From an uncultured Gammaproteobacteria bacterium (GTDB lineage: Bacteria > Pseudomonadota > Gammaproteobacteria > Xanthomonadales > Rhodanobacteraceae): a stretch of 64,000 nt of DNA. The notes below the pieces were generated by a model. It saw nothing but the letters and a program-made list of their open reading frames with translations. It did no database searches and was not told the origin of the DNA. The translations under genes and the position numbers were made by a program. Positions within the stretch are counted from its first letter, which is position 1; each line of letters begins with the position of its first letter. Shown here one piece after another: positions 62,265 through 64,000 of this stretch. The stretch lies in contig OY969566.1 in NCBI GenBank assembly GCA_963701115.1, positions 2,598,097-2,662,096 on the forward strand, in the 5' to 3' direction.

Positions 62265-62454
62265 TGAAAAGATCAAGACCGTGCGCGTGCGCCTGGTCAA
62301 GAGCACCAACGGCTGCCAGGGTCGCCATCGCCTGAGCGTCAAGGCCCTTGGCCTGCGCAAGCTCAACGATGTGCGTGAATTGAAGGACTCGCCGTCGGTG
62401 CGTGGTCTGATCAACCAGGTCAGTTATCTCGTCAGCGTCGAGAGCGACGCTTAA
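62257..62454 (+). CDS. rpmD: 50S ribosomal protein L30
   Basis: [20 protein letters not shown]; located between rpsE and rplO. Confidence 0.93.
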   Translation: MANEKIKTVRVRLVKSTNGCQGRHRLSVKALGLRKLNDVRELKDSPSVRGLINQVSYLVSVESDA

Positions 62455-62482
62455 GCGTCGTCAAGAATCAGGAGTCGATTCC

Positions 62483-62917
62483 ATGCGTCTCAATACACTC
62501 AAGCCGGCAGCCGGCGCACGCAAAGAAGGCGTTCGCGTTGGTCGCGGTATCGGATCGGGCCTCGGCAAGACTTGTGGTCGCGGTCACAAGGGCCAGTTCG
62601 CACGCTCCGGCAAGGGCAAGGTCAAGGCCGGTTTCGAAGGCGGCCAGATGCCGCTGCAGCGTCGCCTGCCGAAAGTCGGTTTCCGTTCGAAGAAATCGAT
62701 CGATAGCTGCGAAGTGATGCTCTATCAGCTCGACAGACTCGCCGTCGATGTCGTCGATTTCGAGGTTCTGAAGGCAGCCGGCCTGATCGAAACCCGTGCA
62801 ACTCGCGTGAAGATCGTGAAGAAAGGCGAAATTGCGCGCGCGATCAAGCTTCGCGGCGTGGCGGTCACGGCTGGTGCTCGCACCGCCATCGAGGCGGCTG
62901 GCGGGAGCGTCGAGTAA
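62483..62917 (+). CDS. rplO: 50S ribosomal protein L15
   Basis: [33 protein letters not shown]. Confidence 0.99.
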   Translation: MRLNTLKPAAGARKEGVRVGRGIGSGLGKTCGRGHKGQFARSGKGKVKAGFEGGQMPLQRRLPKVGFRSKKSIDSCEVMLYQLDRLAVDVVDFEVLKAAGLIETRATRVKIVKKGEIARAIKLRGVAVTAGARTAIEAAGGSVE

Positions 62918-62919
62918 TC

Positions 62920-64000
62920 GTGGCAACCCCGAAGTCCAGCGGTTTGGCATCGCTCGGCAAGCTGACCGAGCTCAAGCAACGCTTGTTGTTTGTGGTAGGT
63001 GCACTCGTCATTTTTCGCCTGGGATCGTTCATTCCGGTTCCGGGTGTGAATCCTGACGCGATGGCGAAGCTGGTAGCGAACAGCGGTGGCCTGATCGACA
63101 TGTTCAACATGTTCTCGGGTGGTGCGCTGAGCCGGTTCTCGCTGTTTGCACTGGGCGTGATCCCCTACATTTCCGCGTCCATCGTCGTGCAGATGTTCAG
63201 TTCGGTCATTCCGGCCTGGGCGGCGTTGAAGAAAGAAGGCGAATCGGGTCGGCGCAAGCTGACCATGTATACGCGCTGGGGAACGGTTGGCTTGTCTGCA
63301 TTCCAGTCGTTCGGGGTTGCGACAATGTTGCAAACCCAGGTTGGTGTGGTCTATGCGCCGGGCCCGAGTTTCGTTTTCGGCACCGTGGTCGGATTGACCG
63401 CTGGCACCTTGTTCCTGATGTGGCTTGGCGAGCAGATTACCGAGCGTGGCATTGGCAACGGGATTTCGCTGATAATTTTTGGCGGCATTGTCGCCGGCTT
63501 GCCTTCAGCGGTTGTGCATACCCTGGGCATGGCCAACAGCGGTGAACTGAGCTGGCTCAAGTTGATGTTGGTGCTTGCTGCCGTGCTGGCGGTAACCGCG
63601 TTTGTGGTCTTCATGGAGCGTGGTCAGCGGCGGATCACGGTCAATTACGCACGCAAGCAGGGTGGCGCTGGCCGTGCCTACATGAACCAGAGTTCGCATC
63701 TGCCGCTGAAGATCAACATGTCGGGCGTGATCCCGCCAATCTTCGCGTCGAGCCTGATCATGTTTCCGGCGACCGCCGCGGCCTGGTTCAGCAGCTCCAG
63801 CGAAGTTCGCTGGCTGCAGACGCTGACTGCTTCATTGGGCCCGGGTGAGCCACTGCACATGGTCATTTATGGCCTGATGATCATTGTTTTCGCTTTTTTC
63901 TACACAGCGCTGGTTTTCAATTCACAGGAAACTGCGGACAACCTCAAGCGTTCGGGCGCCCTGATTCCTGGCATCCGTCCAGGCAAGGCCACCGCCGACT
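62920..64000 (+). CDS. secY: Preprotein translocase subunit SecY (3' end runs off the window)
   Basis: Translated by hand from GTG at 62920: [57 protein letters not shown]. Confidence 0.97.
   Translation, partial: MATPKSSGLASLGKLTELKQRLLFVVGALVIFRLGSFIPVPGVNPDAMAKLVANSGGLIDMFNMFSGGALSRFSLFALGVIPYISASIVVQMFSSVIPAWAALKKEGESGRRKLTMYTRWGTVGLSAFQSFGVATMLQTQVGVVYAPGPSFVFGTVVGLTAGTLFLMWLGEQITERGIGNGISLIIFGGIVAGLPSAVVHTLGMANSGELSWLKLMLVLAAVLAVTAFVVFMERGQRRITVNYARKQGGAGRAYMNQSSHLPLKINMSGVIPPIFASSLIMFPATAAAWFSSSSEVRWLQTLTASLGPGEPLHMVIYGLMIIVFAFFYTALVFNSQETADNLKRSGALIPGIRPGKATAD

Overview
GC-rich gammaproteobacterial chromosome segment. Gene order and protein signatures point to Xanthomonadales, probably Rhodanobacteraceae (inference). 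1-5 kb: fimV (partial), truA, trpF, trpB, trpA, accD. 5-24 kb is a more accessory block: rapA, an NxxGxxAF-repeat propeller with a C-terminal IFxDGFE tag, an orphan Stealth phosphotransferase, M13/M28/S9 peptidases, DUF502, a P-loop kinase, a +1-frameshifted B12 radical SAM gene, a glycine-zipper lipoprotein, a group III truncated globin, DUF4442, a cysteine-free CnoX/YbbN and a tandem TonB-C protein. 24-34 kb: prfA, hemA, TPR, lolB, ispE, tRNA-Gln, prs, rplY, pth, ychF. 34.5-64 kb: tRNA-Tyr/Gly/Thr, tuf, tRNA-Trp, secE, nusG, rplKAJL, rpoBC, then the str, S10 and spc operons into secY. No integrase, transposase, CRISPR or rRNA was found. The most unusual signals are non-coding and lie in the tRNA-tuf leader (34.5-35.2 kb): a degenerate tRNA-Tyr copy with an 82-nt structured insertion in its T-loop, and a triple ~59-nt repeat with six GGA-loop hairpins matching CsrA/RsmA binding cores (candidate tRNA-spacer-derived sponge). 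Eleven heptamer-periodic inverted repeats occur only in the translation/transcription gene cluster. All family assignments come from motif recognition by eye; no database search was run.
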